A stretch of DNA of 55,534 nt, from IMG/VR virus record IMGVR_UViG_3300014613_000031, positions 1 to 55,534 of that record. The stretch is one strand, 5' to 3'. The notes under the pieces were generated by a model. It was not told where the DNA came from, did not search any database, and saw nothing but the letters and a program-made list of their open reading frames with translations. How positions within the stretch are numbered: position 1 is the first letter of the stretch; every line of letters starts with the position of its first letter. The stretch is from a virus. Its lineage: Duplodnaviria; Caudoviricetes. The position numbers and the translations under genes are program-made. Positions 9,301 through 18,259 of the stretch are shown piece after piece.

Positions 9301-11180
9301 ACACCCGGATTTTCCTCAATATCATATTCCGGCATTTTCTTAGCAACAGCTTGAAGTGGGTTGACTTTACTACCTTTTGGTACTCGTATTTTATAAAAAA
9401 CTTTTTCTTCCCCCTTCTTAGTAAAAGCAAAATACTCACGAGCTATCCAATCAGTCATTGAAGTAGAAGCATAGGCCTTGTCAGTAAAAACAATTCCAGC
9501 AGCATTATCTAAATTTTTGAGAGCCTTTATTTTAGGTAGAATTTGTTGGTTTGTAGCAGCTCTAAATAAATAAATATTTTCGGGTAATTCCGTTTGAATT
9601 TTATCAAGTATTTTTACCACGTTATTTATTTCATTGGCACTATAAACTCCTACCTTGCCTGTCCGAAGGTAGTTATTAATAGCGTCAAACATGTCAACTG
9701 ACTCGTAGTTTTTAATTGCCTCCAGATCTGAAGTAGATAATTTAGAAGCCCACCTGGAAAAATTCTCCCCTACCCATTTATCAGCTTTATACCAATCATC
9801 AAATTGCCTGTATTCCAGATTCTCAGCCCCGACACCACCAGTGGTGGGCATCTTGGTGAACAGCTTCCCAAGCTCATCCAGCTCTTCCAACGTCAGGAGG
9901 CGGTTGTCCTTAACCATGTCAGCAAAGGTCAGGATGCCGTCCTTCCACGGGCCGTACTTCTGTGAGCCAAGTATCTCCCGCACGAAGTTGGGGTCCTCTA
10001 CATCCATCATCTTGAGCCAGTCGTTGTAACGCATGGTGTCAGGCACTCGCCCCGCCCACTTGGCTGGGTCCCCCCTATATTGAAGCATCTTGCTGGCCAG
10101 GCCCGGAGGTGGTGTCCCCTTGTAGACGAATGGGCGGGAGCCTGGGTATTCTGGATGATCAGTAGTAGCTCCAAGTTCCTTCCACGACTTGGTAATGGGG
10201 ACCAGGATGCAGTTATGGGCCACAAAACCATTTGCAATATAAGACTCATCCTCTTCAACCGCTATGTTATAAAGCATAGTAGCAATAGGATGCCGATCTT
10301 TCCCACCAACTTTTTCAGACCGCCAATTTCTTACGCCAATAACTTCCAGCTCAATAAATTTATATTCCTTTCTGTGATTCATCAGGACTCGTTGAACTTC
10401 ATCACCACAGGATTTGATGTTTGAGTTTATTTCAGTGTCTGTAAACCTCAATACCATCCACCCTAATGACTCTATTTTCTTCTGTCTTTTCAAATCCTTC
10501 TCTCCACTCTGGTATTGCTGTAAGTTGGCTATTGAGTTTTTCTTAGATACGTTTTTCCTGTGCTCTGGATCACTCCATTGTCTATCTGTTATGCCTTTAC
10601 TATTGCATGATTGGGAACAATATATACGATTATAAGGTATTAGCTTGCCGCACCTTTTGCAGTTGGATGCTAAAAACTTTATTTTCTGTCCAACATTAAT
10701 TTCATCAGCTTTTACCCACTCACCCTCTATGAAAAAAGGATGCTCCCTTGTAACTGTTAAGTTTTGTCCTCCCTTTCTATTCTTGCTTTGATTAATCCAA
10801 AAATTTGGAAGTCCAACTGTTATAGTTACAACATCAGGCCAAACCTCCCTGTTCCTTATTACTTCTGAGACTTTCCTAAATCGCCCTTTGTGAGTCAATA
10901 CAAGATCACCAACTTTTATCTTACCTATGGCTCTAAATCCTTTAGAGGTAAAAATGGGAATTTGATGATCTATAAAACAACGGCAGAGGGGATGTAACGG
11001 GGGTTGCTCCACCTTGCTTTTCCCGAATATGTATTGCCTTCCATCTTTTGAGGCGCAGATCATGCAATTATGCGCTATGACTCCTTCTGCAACAAAGGAA
11101 TGGTCATCTTCAATAGTGAGGTCCCAAACTTCCTTCGTTTCTTTAATTTTTTTAATAGATAAAATTTTTATCTTACCCAT
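6318..11180 (-). CDS. C-terminal half of fractured MuF head-morphogenesis protein: IntC, MuF core, cis intein, multi-enzyme cargo (ART, REase, 2 zincins, ParB/Srx)
   Basis: Likely ATG at 11180 (GAGG RBS); ...VIAHN/CMIC...HPLCR/CF...VAHN/CILVP; LFR..STS..LEMLLPR; PFD..IEFK; HELAH; HEYGH; DGHHR. Confidence 0.85.
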   Translation of the reverse strand: MGKIKILSIKKIKETKEVWDLTIEDDHSFVAEGVIAHNCMICASKDGRQYIFGKSKVEQPPLHPLCRCFIDHQIPIFTSKGFRAIGKIKVGDLVLTHKGRFRKVSEVIRNREVWPDVVTITVGLPNFWINQSKNRKGGQNLTVTREHPFFIEGEWVKADEINVGQKIKFLASNCKRCGKLIPYNRIYCSQSCNSKGITDRQWSDPEHRKNVSKKNSIANLQQYQSGEKDLKRQKKIESLGWMVLRFTDTEINSNIKSCGDEVQRVLMNHRKEYKFIELEVIGVRNWRSEKVGGKDRHPIATMLYNIAVEEDESYIANGFVAHNCILVPITKSWKELGATTDHPEYPGSRPFVYKGTPPPGLASKMLQYRGDPAKWAGRVPDTMRYNDWLKMMDVEDPNFVREILGSQKYGPWKDGILTFADMVKDNRLLTLEELDELGKLFTKMPTTGGVGAENLEYRQFDDWYKADKWVGENFSRWASKLSTSDLEAIKNYESVDMFDAINNYLRTGKVGVYSANEINNVVKILDKIQTELPENIYLFRAATNQQILPKIKALKNLDNAAGIVFTDKAYASTSMTDWIAREYFAFTKKGEEKVFYKIRVPKGSKVNPLQAVAKKMPEYDIEENPGVLEMLLPRNSSFRIVKVNKVDDVWEMEVDFLGKAEPITKGVKAEVFTHPQWAPADLINSITMGDFVKSVQAKNWDDVGKYLDDVLSKQPLAVAQHNLNDLNVMRYMYQEGMSVDDMKLVIDDYIRIARQKLYKEGPPTKPIPAELLAKMSPKQVAAHKNAWVKTKQDHDIAELMERKMARRIGAEHSTGSKPFDMFLDNEFIEFKTILNNTEGAKHQIWMDKAAKARKAAFEKKYGVRGHTVVIEQTPGSPNFGKIYYKKGFANYRLNTMIEVRDDAHLVQLLKKGARKFDQPPVAKSAPVKTTSLKQSENFAKKTFGLKEVDYDDIDNRAAKLINQYLGGIAKEYKVTPTSVRINDVFFTGNNRSLAGVSFEDGTVAFNPKYFKSLDDMTIMAKDQFQVGRFSTSSRGHVVRHELAHQKYFQLGGTEATSARPLSEAVVKDLYKEIGPTDMPRFVSEYAFKNEGEFYAEAMAKMMNGDALHPVVKRIINQMERRIGKGLPGRRGIAIEPVVKGLKAELSKAVKAREKLKEDIIKLSKQIDAKLQVVTKFGSSSLDIPQDDVVKLWRTAKDLVATGQAPPELAKTLDKFVGMRVRFDKIKKTPIIKKVEKPPSIVKIKEITAKPTTAVWKNPVDFDELSKVAEERLRIDTVSIQGFTKKEEGLNLAKLAMESLDNLHEQFPELKTIHHNYLLDFVVVDAKSFPGIMGDDIVGSYLFEDSMLQIAARGKSLKHTLQLSDKKYLTSNDYFGLIRHEYGHRTSQQLSEEVRKAWEVVFNKNTNLFKKVSKYAQTNDEEAFAEVFSAYTSPLYRRGVLPKALEGYFDDLLKTKARPVTKGVSAEVKVVKKPIEKAITVKDQELVDKIKELPGLSARGKLMPQGRGDYVDIKPFFKEIMDEKQAGKLGDWLEDNWKLKGKIKNIDIDKIIPSQNLIRKEGVINKLQGLGEEFSDHPLIVKENNKNYIMDGHHRIFIEKMKGSKQIKVEFINYDQIKKGG
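10212..10979 (-). mobile_element. cis-splicing intein (256 aa) with Zn finger and DUF559/Vsr-like endonuclease remnant
   Basis: Starts CFIDHQ, block B VTREHPF, ends YNIAVEEDESYIANGFVAHN/C; internal CKRC..YCSQSC and KDLKRQKKIESLGWMVLRF. Confidence 0.9.
11067..11180 (-). mobile_element. split intein C-fragment (IntC, 38 aa)
   Basis: MGKIKILSIKKIKETKEVWDLTIEDDHSFVAEGVIAHN then Cys+1; blocks F/G only, at the protein N-terminus. Confidence 0.9.
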
Positions 11181-11664
11181 TGACTGCCTCAGCACTACTG
11201 TTTTTATCTTCAACTATATTTTTATAAAACTTTTTCCAACGATCCCTTCTTACATTGGCTCTGGAATTACAGCTATTACACAAGGTTATTAGATTTAAGG
11301 GATGACAATCCAGGTGGTATATTAGATAACACTCTCTGCTACAGCACTTGGCATTTTTATTTCCCGTCCTGAAAGATGCACCACACGCTAAGCATTTAAA
11401 TTCTATAACACCCTTTCCGTGATCAATGAGATAACAAGGTCGCGAACAGAACTGCTGAGAAGAACTATCCCCTTTAAAAAACAACTTGCCACAAGTTTTA
11501 CAACAAACAAGCTTTCCTTTCCTATCTATGTAATCTTTCAGAGGCTGACCTTTCATACTCTTCCAATAACAGACAGGAGAGCAAAACTTTTGTGTCTTGC
11601 CATTACTCAAAAATTCTCTCTTACATACAGGACAAATTGCTTTGTTAGATTCCTTCAATGTCAT
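11173..11664 (-). CDS. free-standing Zn-finger/HNH homing endonuclease, probably degenerate
   Basis: Three CxxC...(F/C)CSxxC fingers then NLITLCNSCN (HNH C-terminal half); ATG 11664 with GAGGGG RBS; sits between IntN and IntC. Confidence 0.7.
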   Translation of the reverse strand: MTLKESNKAICPVCKREFLSNGKTQKFCSPVCYWKSMKGQPLKDYIDRKGKLVCCKTCGKLFFKGDSSSQQFCSRPCYLIDHGKGVIEFKCLACGASFRTGNKNAKCCSRECYLIYHLDCHPLNLITLCNSCNSRANVRRDRWKKFYKNIVEDKNSSAEAVNG

Positions 11665-12604
11665 CCCCCTCACAGAGATTGCCTATTTCCACCCACTCAC
11701 CATTGTGCAAGACAGGATGGTCCGAAGTTATTTTTAATTTCCTCCCATTAGACAACTCCACTTCAAGATACTCTTCAACTACTTTGGGCTGTTTATCTAT
11801 AACCTTCTTCCAATTCTGTTCACGAGTAAAAACAAGATCACCTATTTGAACATCAGCCAATTCCTTGTCCCCGTCCACTGTCAAAATATTGGTTTCTGGC
11901 AATAAACAGGTCCTATCATCAAGGGTACTGACCCACTCCACACCCTTTACTACATCATCGTTGGCCTGGTATATGGCGAGACTCACTTCATTACTAATCC
12001 TCTGTATCTCAGTGCGGGCTATGACTTCAGCCTGGTTGCGTATGCGATTCCCAACAGTGCCCCCGATGACCTCCCCCACCCCAAAAATCCTTCGACTGGC
12101 TTTGGCCATGTCCTCCCCAAGTATCACGGACTGGGTCAGTTCCTGCTTCATATTGAACACGGTGCCCCGGTAGTTCTCCCTCATCCGCTCAGCCCAATCG
12201 GCCCCACCCAGTGGGGTCATTACCATCTGATTCACCTGCTCAAAGGGAATGCGACTGATGTCTACTCCTATCTGTCCGAGTTTACCACCGAGCATGGCCT
12301 GATAGTAAACCGACTCAGACATGGAGAACTGCTGTAGCTGGCTGGAAAGTCCGGTGATGGCGTCACCAGTGGCGTTGTTGAGCACAGTCTCAATTTCACG
12401 CAACTTATCTTGAAGCACTCCAATACGATACTCCTGAGTGAAACCCTGACCCGTGTCTATGAGGGCCTTCATCTTCTCTTGGATTACAACCTTCGCCTTA
12501 GTGTAATGGGAAACAAGCTGGTTGGCTGTTCCATTCTCGAAACGATATGTGTAATGAGACTTCTTGAGAAGAAGGTCTCGGAATTCTTCGTTGATTGTTT
12601 TCAC
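11645..12604 (-). CDS. N-terminal half of fractured MuF (SPP1 gp7/Mu F family) fused to IntN
   Basis: IARTE...EWVSTLDDRT MuF motif, then an intein N-domain and a stop; located just after the portal. Confidence 0.88.
   Translation of the reverse strand: MKTINEEFRDLLLKKSHYTYRFENGTANQLVSHYTKAKVVIQEKMKALIDTGQGFTQEYRIGVLQDKLREIETVLNNATGDAITGLSSQLQQFSMSESVYYQAMLGGKLGQIGVDISRIPFEQVNQMVMTPLGGADWAERMRENYRGTVFNMKQELTQSVILGEDMAKASRRIFGVGEVIGGTVGNRIRNQAEVIARTEIQRISNEVSLAIYQANDDVVKGVEWVSTLDDRTCLLPETNILTVDGDKELADVQIGDLVFTREQNWKKVIDKQPKVVEEYLEVELSNGRKLKITSDHPVLHNGEWVEIGNLCEGDDIEGI
11648..11908 (-). mobile_element. split intein N-fragment (IntN, 87 aa)
   Basis: CLLPETNILTVDG (block A)...ITSDHPV (block B)...GDDIEGI-stop. 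Confidence 0.9.
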
Positions 12605-12885
12605 TTCAGCAAATCCTCAAAGGGAACATCCCTACGGATGGGGTCCTTGTAGTCGTGTTTGGGCATGAACTTGGGCTTATAAGGAACTAAAGGATTGTGA
12701 ACCTCATTGCGTTCCTTCCTGCGTTGGGCCGCGATGCGACGTTCCCTGGCGATAACCAGCCTCAGGTTACAGGCCCTACAGATGGACTGGTAACCATCCC
12801 GAGTTTGGGGGTGGTGAGAGAACTGTGTCACCGGCAGGAGCCTCCTACCCTTGTGATCCTTGTGACTGCAACTTTTTTCTTTCAT
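12601..12885 (-). CDS. hypothetical Zn-finger protein
   Basis: CSHKDH...F...RDGYQSICRAC; coupled to neighbours. Confidence 0.5.
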   Translation of the reverse strand: MKEKSCSHKDHKGRRLLPVTQFSHHPQTRDGYQSICRACNLRLVIARERRIAAQRRKERNEVHNPLVPYKPKFMPKHDYKDPIRRDVPFEDLLK

Positions 12886-13039
12886 CGATCTTGAGCTTCC
12901 TCCCCTTCAATCGTTCCTGACGACGAGCTTCCTTCTCTATACGACGTTGTTTGTTAGCCTCACGGTTACCTTCCTTACGGTAACGCTCACACTTGGCTTT
13001 GTCCTTGCCCGCTTTGCTGTTCGCCTTTGCCTTGCCCAT
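12845..13039 (-). CDS. small basic hypothetical protein
   Basis: K/R-rich; start overlaps the portal stop. Confidence 0.5.
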   Translation of the reverse strand: MGKAKANSKAGKDKAKCERYRKEGNREANKQRRIEKEARRQERLKGRKLKIDERKKLQSQGSQG

Positions 13040-14517
13040 CAGAACTCCTCTTCCTCCTCATATTCGCTGCCAAACTGATTCACCGGGGCAGCTGGCATGG
13101 CAAAAGGTGTGGCATATATATCGTCACCCTTTTCCAGCTCCAGGTTTCTCTTTTCCTCATCGGGATCGAGTCCCTCCTTCATCTGCCAGGTCTTACGACT
13201 CAACACCTTGCTACGGAACTGGATCTCCCGCGCCTTGTTGTTCTTCTCTATGTCTGCCAGGATGAGTGGGGGCCACTCCACCGAGCACTCCTCACTCTCC
13301 CCTTCAGGGATCTTCTTGTCCCCAAACTCCTTGTGTCCACGCACCATCCCTCGGAAGATGTCTGCGTAGAAGAACTCAAAGAAGTCCTGCCAATCTTCGA
13401 TCTCCCTAACGAAGGGGTTCTGAGCTACCATGCTTGAGCTGTAATTGGCGTTGCTGAAATCCGCAGTCAGGAACATCTCTGGAAAACCTACCCCTGCGGC
13501 CACAGCCAGGAGCATTGACCGACCGTCGTCTTTAACGTCCTGGGCATGAATGTTGGGACTGATCATCTGATAACTTATACCCTGGCTGGCCGTCAGGACA
13601 GTTGCCCTCTGGGGCATCTTAAACTTGGCCTTGTCCGCATCTTTGTGCTCAGTACGTTGACTCTCCCTCAAATTGGAAACCGCACCACTTGTGCCATCCA
13701 CCGTGCGAATCAGGGCTATTGCTGACCGTACCTTGTTGAGAGCAATTCGATCATCAAGCCAGTCAGTATATTTGGTTATCATGGGCATTGCGTGGTAGTA
13801 TATGGAAAGACCCCGCTTCATATCACTGTCCACAAGTATCTTTATATGAATAACCTGATCGGCAGGGATCTTCTCAATGAGATTCCCGTCCATCCCACAA
13901 AAGTAATACGTCTTCACATCCTCAATGTCGTCAGGGTTGGTACCTATACCAAAGGTCACCTTTTCATCGGGATTCACTTGCCTATCAGAAGTTGGGTTCT
14001 TTATATTATGGGCCCTCAGGAAACGCAAATCAATGTCCCCTGTTGACTCATCCATGAACTTCCTCAGAAATACCTCCCCATCCCTGAATGACCGCATCAC
14101 CATTTCCTTCTCCCGCAGACTCCACCTGTTCCTGATGCAGAAGGACTTCCAGTAATCCCCAATCAGCTTGTTCTCGGACAACGACTTGAGTGTCGGACCC
14201 TTGCCAAGGACAAACTTGGCGAGATTTCGTACTATTGCCCGACCAAACAGATTGCTTTTATAGAACCCCCAAGCCCTATCCAACATCCTCTGATGATTGA
14301 TCTGAGTAAGCACGAGACTCTCTGGGGAAGTCCCTCCATCCCCACCATAGCCCTGACCTGTAAGTAGCCAACCGCTATCCTCCGCGTCGGGTGCAGGGAC
14401 AAACCTCTGTGCCTCCTTGCCAAAGTACTGGGACAGCACCTTAGTCTGCTCTATTTCAAGCTTCAGTTGCTCTCCCTTGAGAGAAGCCTTCAGCTGCAAA
14501 TTTTTAAATATTCCCAT
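13039..14517 (-). CDS. portal protein
   Basis: 492 aa between TerL and MuF; RDGEVF, VIHIK..RGLS, SNANYSS motifs. Confidence 0.88.
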   Translation of the reverse strand: MGIFKNLQLKASLKGEQLKLEIEQTKVLSQYFGKEAQRFVPAPDAEDSGWLLTGQGYGGDGGTSPESLVLTQINHQRMLDRAWGFYKSNLFGRAIVRNLAKFVLGKGPTLKSLSENKLIGDYWKSFCIRNRWSLREKEMVMRSFRDGEVFLRKFMDESTGDIDLRFLRAHNIKNPTSDRQVNPDEKVTFGIGTNPDDIEDVKTYYFCGMDGNLIEKIPADQVIHIKILVDSDMKRGLSIYYHAMPMITKYTDWLDDRIALNKVRSAIALIRTVDGTSGAVSNLRESQRTEHKDADKAKFKMPQRATVLTASQGISYQMISPNIHAQDVKDDGRSMLLAVAAGVGFPEMFLTADFSNANYSSSMVAQNPFVREIEDWQDFFEFFYADIFRGMVRGHKEFGDKKIPEGESEECSVEWPPLILADIEKNNKAREIQFRSKVLSRKTWQMKEGLDPDEEKRNLELEKGDDIYATPFAMPAAPVNQFGSEYEEEEEF

Positions 14518-14561
14518 ATTGAGTCAATCCTCCTCTATGCCCTCACATATAAATTGAACCA

Positions 14562-14591
14562 CCTTTATTATAATAAAGGGAATCATTTTTT
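14562..14591 (-). promoter_or_regulatory. variant phage promoter with an 18-bp perfect palindrome upstream of the portal
   Basis: cctttattataataaagg (14562-14579) is self-complementary and contains TATAAT; followed by the A-tract of the promoter consensus. Confidence 0.55.
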
Positions 14592-14602
14592 AAAAAATGA
14601 AC

Positions 14603-16450
14603 TTACGAAAACCAATAGCCTGGCTCATCAACCACCTCCGTAATCGGGGTGGCTATCATAGGAATGAATTTGTAAGCACTCTGTACCACATATCGTATGC
14701 AGTCCATCCCATGGTCATCTACAGCGAGGGGGCTGCGGCGGATGGGCTTGCCATCCATACCCCTCGGGTACCTGTATCGCTCAAACTCCGCATCACTGCC
14801 CATGAGGCCGTTGGGGGAATCCAAATATCCATCTATCAGATAGAGCCAACTCTTCACCTTAGCCGAGTCAGTATAGTCAACATAAGACTCCAGGTGGTTT
14901 CGCACAAGGTCTATCCCATCTTCCACTGCATTCACCGCCCCGTGGGTGTCCAAGTTGTAAATTTCAGCCAGATCCACTCGTGACTGCTTGGAAGATGGGT
15001 CAGCAAATATTACCTCCCCAGGCACATAGTGAGGGGAAGCTTTTATAACTGCTGTGTGTTGGGCAAGGGTACCTGACGCAGCCCTATACTCATAGAAGAA
15101 CCAGAACTTCAGTTTGTAATGTATCTCAGTCTGCCCAGGCTTCGCCTCTTCCGTAGCTCGGTAGAAATCCCCAAAGTCCACCCAAGCCTTCTTGTACACG
15201 AAGGGGTGCCCAGGGGAAGAGCCAAAATCTATCGCTGAGATGATCAGAGAGTTAGTTCCAAGCTCTGGCTCCGACCCGGTAGGCAAGTAATGAAGCTCCC
15301 TGTTCCAGTAGCCTCCATAAACTAGAGCCTCCTGGCTGGGCCTGCGGTTGAGCCACTGGGATTCCCACACATCCTTGTTCAGAGTACGGGCCTTGTCGAT
15401 CAAGTCATCTACTTTGTAAAATCCAATGCAATTATGAGCCATACCCTTGCACTTGTCATATATTAGGCAATCCCCATAATGGGAGTCGCCATGGCACTTG
15501 CGGGTGCACTTCTCAAGCACTTCATAAATGCACCAGCAGTATACCTTCATTCCCCGCTCTGCCGACTCACTCAGAAGCCTCTGGAAAGTACCATTGTCAT
15601 ATTTACGTGTTGACAATAGTGTAAGCTGTCCTGCGATATCCCCCTTGCTTAGGGACATGCTGAAGGCTTCCTGCAAGACATCCCATGACATCAGTTCCAC
15701 CTCGTCCACCCGAGCCTTCTGGGGGTGGGGAGAGTTCAGACCGTTCATGCTGCCTGTGATAACTTCCAATTCCGCCCCGGTGGTGTATTCGGTCTTGCTC
15801 TTGGTGGGTACCTTGGAATAGAGACCCTTCACTTCAGGGCTGTTCTTGTGGAACTCCATAAAATACTTATACACCTTGTCTGCCTGCTTAATGATGGAGC
15901 CCGCAGAAGCTACCTCACAGTCCTTCTTGAAGGCCATGTCCAGATGATTCAAGATGGCCACATTAGTGGTCTTACCCCCTGTGCGGTTGGCGAAGGCTAT
16001 GGTGGTACGTTCCCTTTCAAAAAACATGTCCTTGACATAATCAAACGGGGCACAATGGGGATAATCAAACTGTGAGACCTCCGGGTTGTGTAGTTCACAG
16101 GTGGGAATCTTCGGTATACTCTTGCCAAGGTAATAACGGATATACCAATGGAGCACATGTTCATCCCCGATCCCATGCTTCAGCAGACATCCAAACAGTC
16201 GCTTATTGATCCCAAGTTTGTGACGCTGTTTGGGGGTAAATCCCCGCTCCAGTTTCTCAGTAGTAAACTCAAAGCGGGCCACATGACCGAGGACCTCCGG
16301 CTTCTCAAAGAGGTTGTCCGGGATAGTCTGCTTGCGTATGTAGTGTTCAATAATCTGCACTAACACCCAAGCCCACCCCTTGACCCGACGCTTCTGCAAC
16401 AACCACGGGGCAAACCCCGCCGACATAAACTCGTCCTTACTCATCCCCAT
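14603..16450 (-). CDS. terL: terminase large subunit
   Basis: Walker A ANRTGGKT, Walker B ARVDE, nuclease IDFG...ADPS...[10 protein letters not shown]. Confidence 0.92.
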   Translation of the reverse strand: MGMSKDEFMSAGFAPWLLQKRRVKGWAWVLVQIIEHYIRKQTIPDNLFEKPEVLGHVARFEFTTEKLERGFTPKQRHKLGINKRLFGCLLKHGIGDEHVLHWYIRYYLGKSIPKIPTCELHNPEVSQFDYPHCAPFDYVKDMFFERERTTIAFANRTGGKTTNVAILNHLDMAFKKDCEVASAGSIIKQADKVYKYFMEFHKNSPEVKGLYSKVPTKSKTEYTTGAELEVITGSMNGLNSPHPQKARVDEVELMSWDVLQEAFSMSLSKGDIAGQLTLLSTRKYDNGTFQRLLSESAERGMKVYCWCIYEVLEKCTRKCHGDSHYGDCLIYDKCKGMAHNCIGFYKVDDLIDKARTLNKDVWESQWLNRRPSQEALVYGGYWNRELHYLPTGSEPELGTNSLIISAIDFGSSPGHPFVYKKAWVDFGDFYRATEEAKPGQTEIHYKLKFWFFYEYRAASGTLAQHTAVIKASPHYVPGEVIFADPSSKQSRVDLAEIYNLDTHGAVNAVEDGIDLVRNHLESYVDYTDSAKVKSWLYLIDGYLDSPNGLMGSDAEFERYRYPRGMDGKPIRRSPLAVDDHGMDCIRYVVQSAYKFIPMIATPITEVVDEPGYWFS

Positions 16451-16911
16451 CAGCTATCCCCTTCCGGATTGAATCCTGCTGTCCCCTTCTTGCCCGGATC
16501 TATTATGTAGGCCATTCGTAACATCATGTCCAGGGGCATCGATCCCACCCTGACATGGGAGGTGCACCGGGCCACTTCCAGCCCTTCCTGCAGGGGGACG
16601 TCATACTCGCTACACTTGGCCCAGACGGTCAACCCATATCTGGTGGAAGCGAACTGCATGTGCTTACATCCCGAGCACAACCCAAACCCTGCAGGCACCT
16701 GCTGCCCCCTACGACTGGTGGTACTTTCGGCATTTCCACACTCATCCCCCAGACCCATCCGCCAGGTCTCATCCTCCGCCCCATCCATCATAGTCTTCCG
16801 CTCTTCTGCTTCCAACTCCGTAAAACGCTTGGTCGTCAATCCATTACCTCCTCCACTTATTTTAAAAATCTCGCCTGGTTGTACCAACGATCCCTGAGCC
16901 ACTGCTGCCAA
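16450..16911 (-). CDS. hypothetical Cys-containing protein (start uncertain)
   Basis: GLCSGCKH motif; stop overlaps the TerL start. Confidence 0.5.
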   Translation of the reverse strand: MAAVAQGSLVQPGEIFKISGGGNGLTTKRFTELEAEERKTMMDGAEDETWRMGLGDECGNAESTTSRRGQQVPAGFGLCSGCKHMQFASTRYGLTVWAKCSEYDVPLQEGLEVARCTSHVRVGSMPLDMMLRMAYIIDPGKKGTAGFNPEGDS

Positions 16912-17699
16912 CTACGGGGTAATATATCAAATACCTCCATCAGGTAATAGTACAGCAACACCTTCCTGTACCACATCCCATCAACGTGGGGCATCCACTT
17001 CTGAACCACCTGGCGACTCTCCACTCGTCGCCTGTGGATCTGACTTATGACACTACCCTCCAGGAGGTAGAGTGTACACAGGGGTGCATCGATGAAATGC
17101 ACCTCATATTCATGGGCCACCTTTAGCCACAGGTCCCAATCATGACTTACGTCCAGAGAGATGTCCATTGGCCCATACTGTTCCCATATGTCCCTGCGTA
17201 TTACCACTGTGGAAGTGGGCATAAAATTCTTCCTGATCAGGTATGGGAATACCCGCCCCGAGTGGCATGTGGAGGTCTTTGACCACAGCTCCCTCCGACC
17301 ATCAGGGTAGTGGATGTGAGCATCGGTATAACTGATGGCTGCCCCGGTAATGTCCATCCACTGGAGTTGGATGGTGAGCTTTCGGGAGTCCCAAGTGTCA
17401 TCTGAATCCAGGGTGGCCAGGTACTCTCCCCGAGCCATGCGACAGCCTATATTGCGGGGGATCACCGGGGAGCCGGACTGTCGGTGGGTATGGGTGATGC
17501 GTAGACCGGGTAGCCTTTGGGGGATCACCCACCCGCTGATTAGGGAGTCCCAGGTTCCGTCTGTGGAGCAGTCGTCCACCACGATGACTTCCACCTCCTC
17601 CGGGGGGAATTCCTGCTGTCGGGTGATGGACTCCAGGGCCCGTCTCAATTGTGGAGCCCGATTGTAGGTGGGGATTATGATGCTGACAAGTTTATCCAT
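16857..17699 (-). CDS. family 2 glycosyltransferase
   Basis: VSIIIPTYNR, VVDDCSTD, LDSDD, HDWDLW. Confidence 0.92.
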   Translation of the reverse strand: MDKLVSIIIPTYNRAPQLRRALESITRQQEFPPEEVEVIVVDDCSTDGTWDSLISGWVIPQRLPGLRITHTHRQSGSPVIPRNIGCRMARGEYLATLDSDDTWDSRKLTIQLQWMDITGAAISYTDAHIHYPDGRRELWSKTSTCHSGRVFPYLIRKNFMPTSTVVIRRDIWEQYGPMDISLDVSHDWDLWLKVAHEYEVHFIDAPLCTLYLLEGSVISQIHRRRVESRQVVQKWMPHVDGMWYRKVLLYYYLMEVFDILPRSWQQWLRDRWYNQARFLK

Positions 17700-18076
17700 T
17701 CACTTAAAGGACCTCCAAAAAAAATATCCAAAAAAAATTCAGGAATGGGGACACATGGCCCTACGACGACAGAGGGGGGTAATACTGGATACAGAATGGG
17801 GGGCAACATGGAGGAAGTCTTTCCCCTGTGTCCTGGTTGCTGAGTCCATACCATTTAAAAAGGGGGCTCCATATGATATTGGAAAAAAAATGGGTTGCCC
17901 TTAAAAAGGAGGGTTGAGGTGGAGGTTGGTTATGTTTGAGACCCCCACCCCACCCAAATCCAAAACCCAAAAGATTCAAATGCTCTCCCCCCTCCCCCAC
18001 GATGGTCATCCGGACAACCCCTTCTCCCTTACTCCCCCCACCAGGGTCACCCAATGACTAACATCCAGCCAGTGTA

Positions 18077-18259
18077 CTATCCCAGTCTGTACCTCCTCTT
18101 CAGTTCAGCGAATCGTCGTTCCCACTGGGCAAACTCCCCCTCCTGCTGGACTGTGGGTACAAACCTCTCATGGAATAACCTCTCTTCCCAGTCACAGCAT
18201 CGCCTTTGGATGTCCAACAACTCCCCCACGTCACTTGCGATCTCTTCATAAATTGTCAT
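18077..18259 (-). CDS. hypothetical protein
   Basis: ATGA overlap with the upstream gene. Confidence 0.45.
   Translation of the reverse strand: MTIYEEIASDVGELLDIQRRCCDWEERLFHERFVPTVQQEGEFAQWERRFAELKRRYRLG

Noticed and set aside
11181-11213. Track start (TTG 11213) for the 1631-aa ORF
   Set aside because: ATG 11180 has a GAGG RBS, overlaps the HNH stop and gives a typical IntC N-terminus.
11067-11908. Single cis intein broken by sequencing frameshifts, or a pseudogene
   Set aside because: Two independent errors would be needed; each downstream ORF has its own RBS and ATG, and fragment sizes match natural split inteins.
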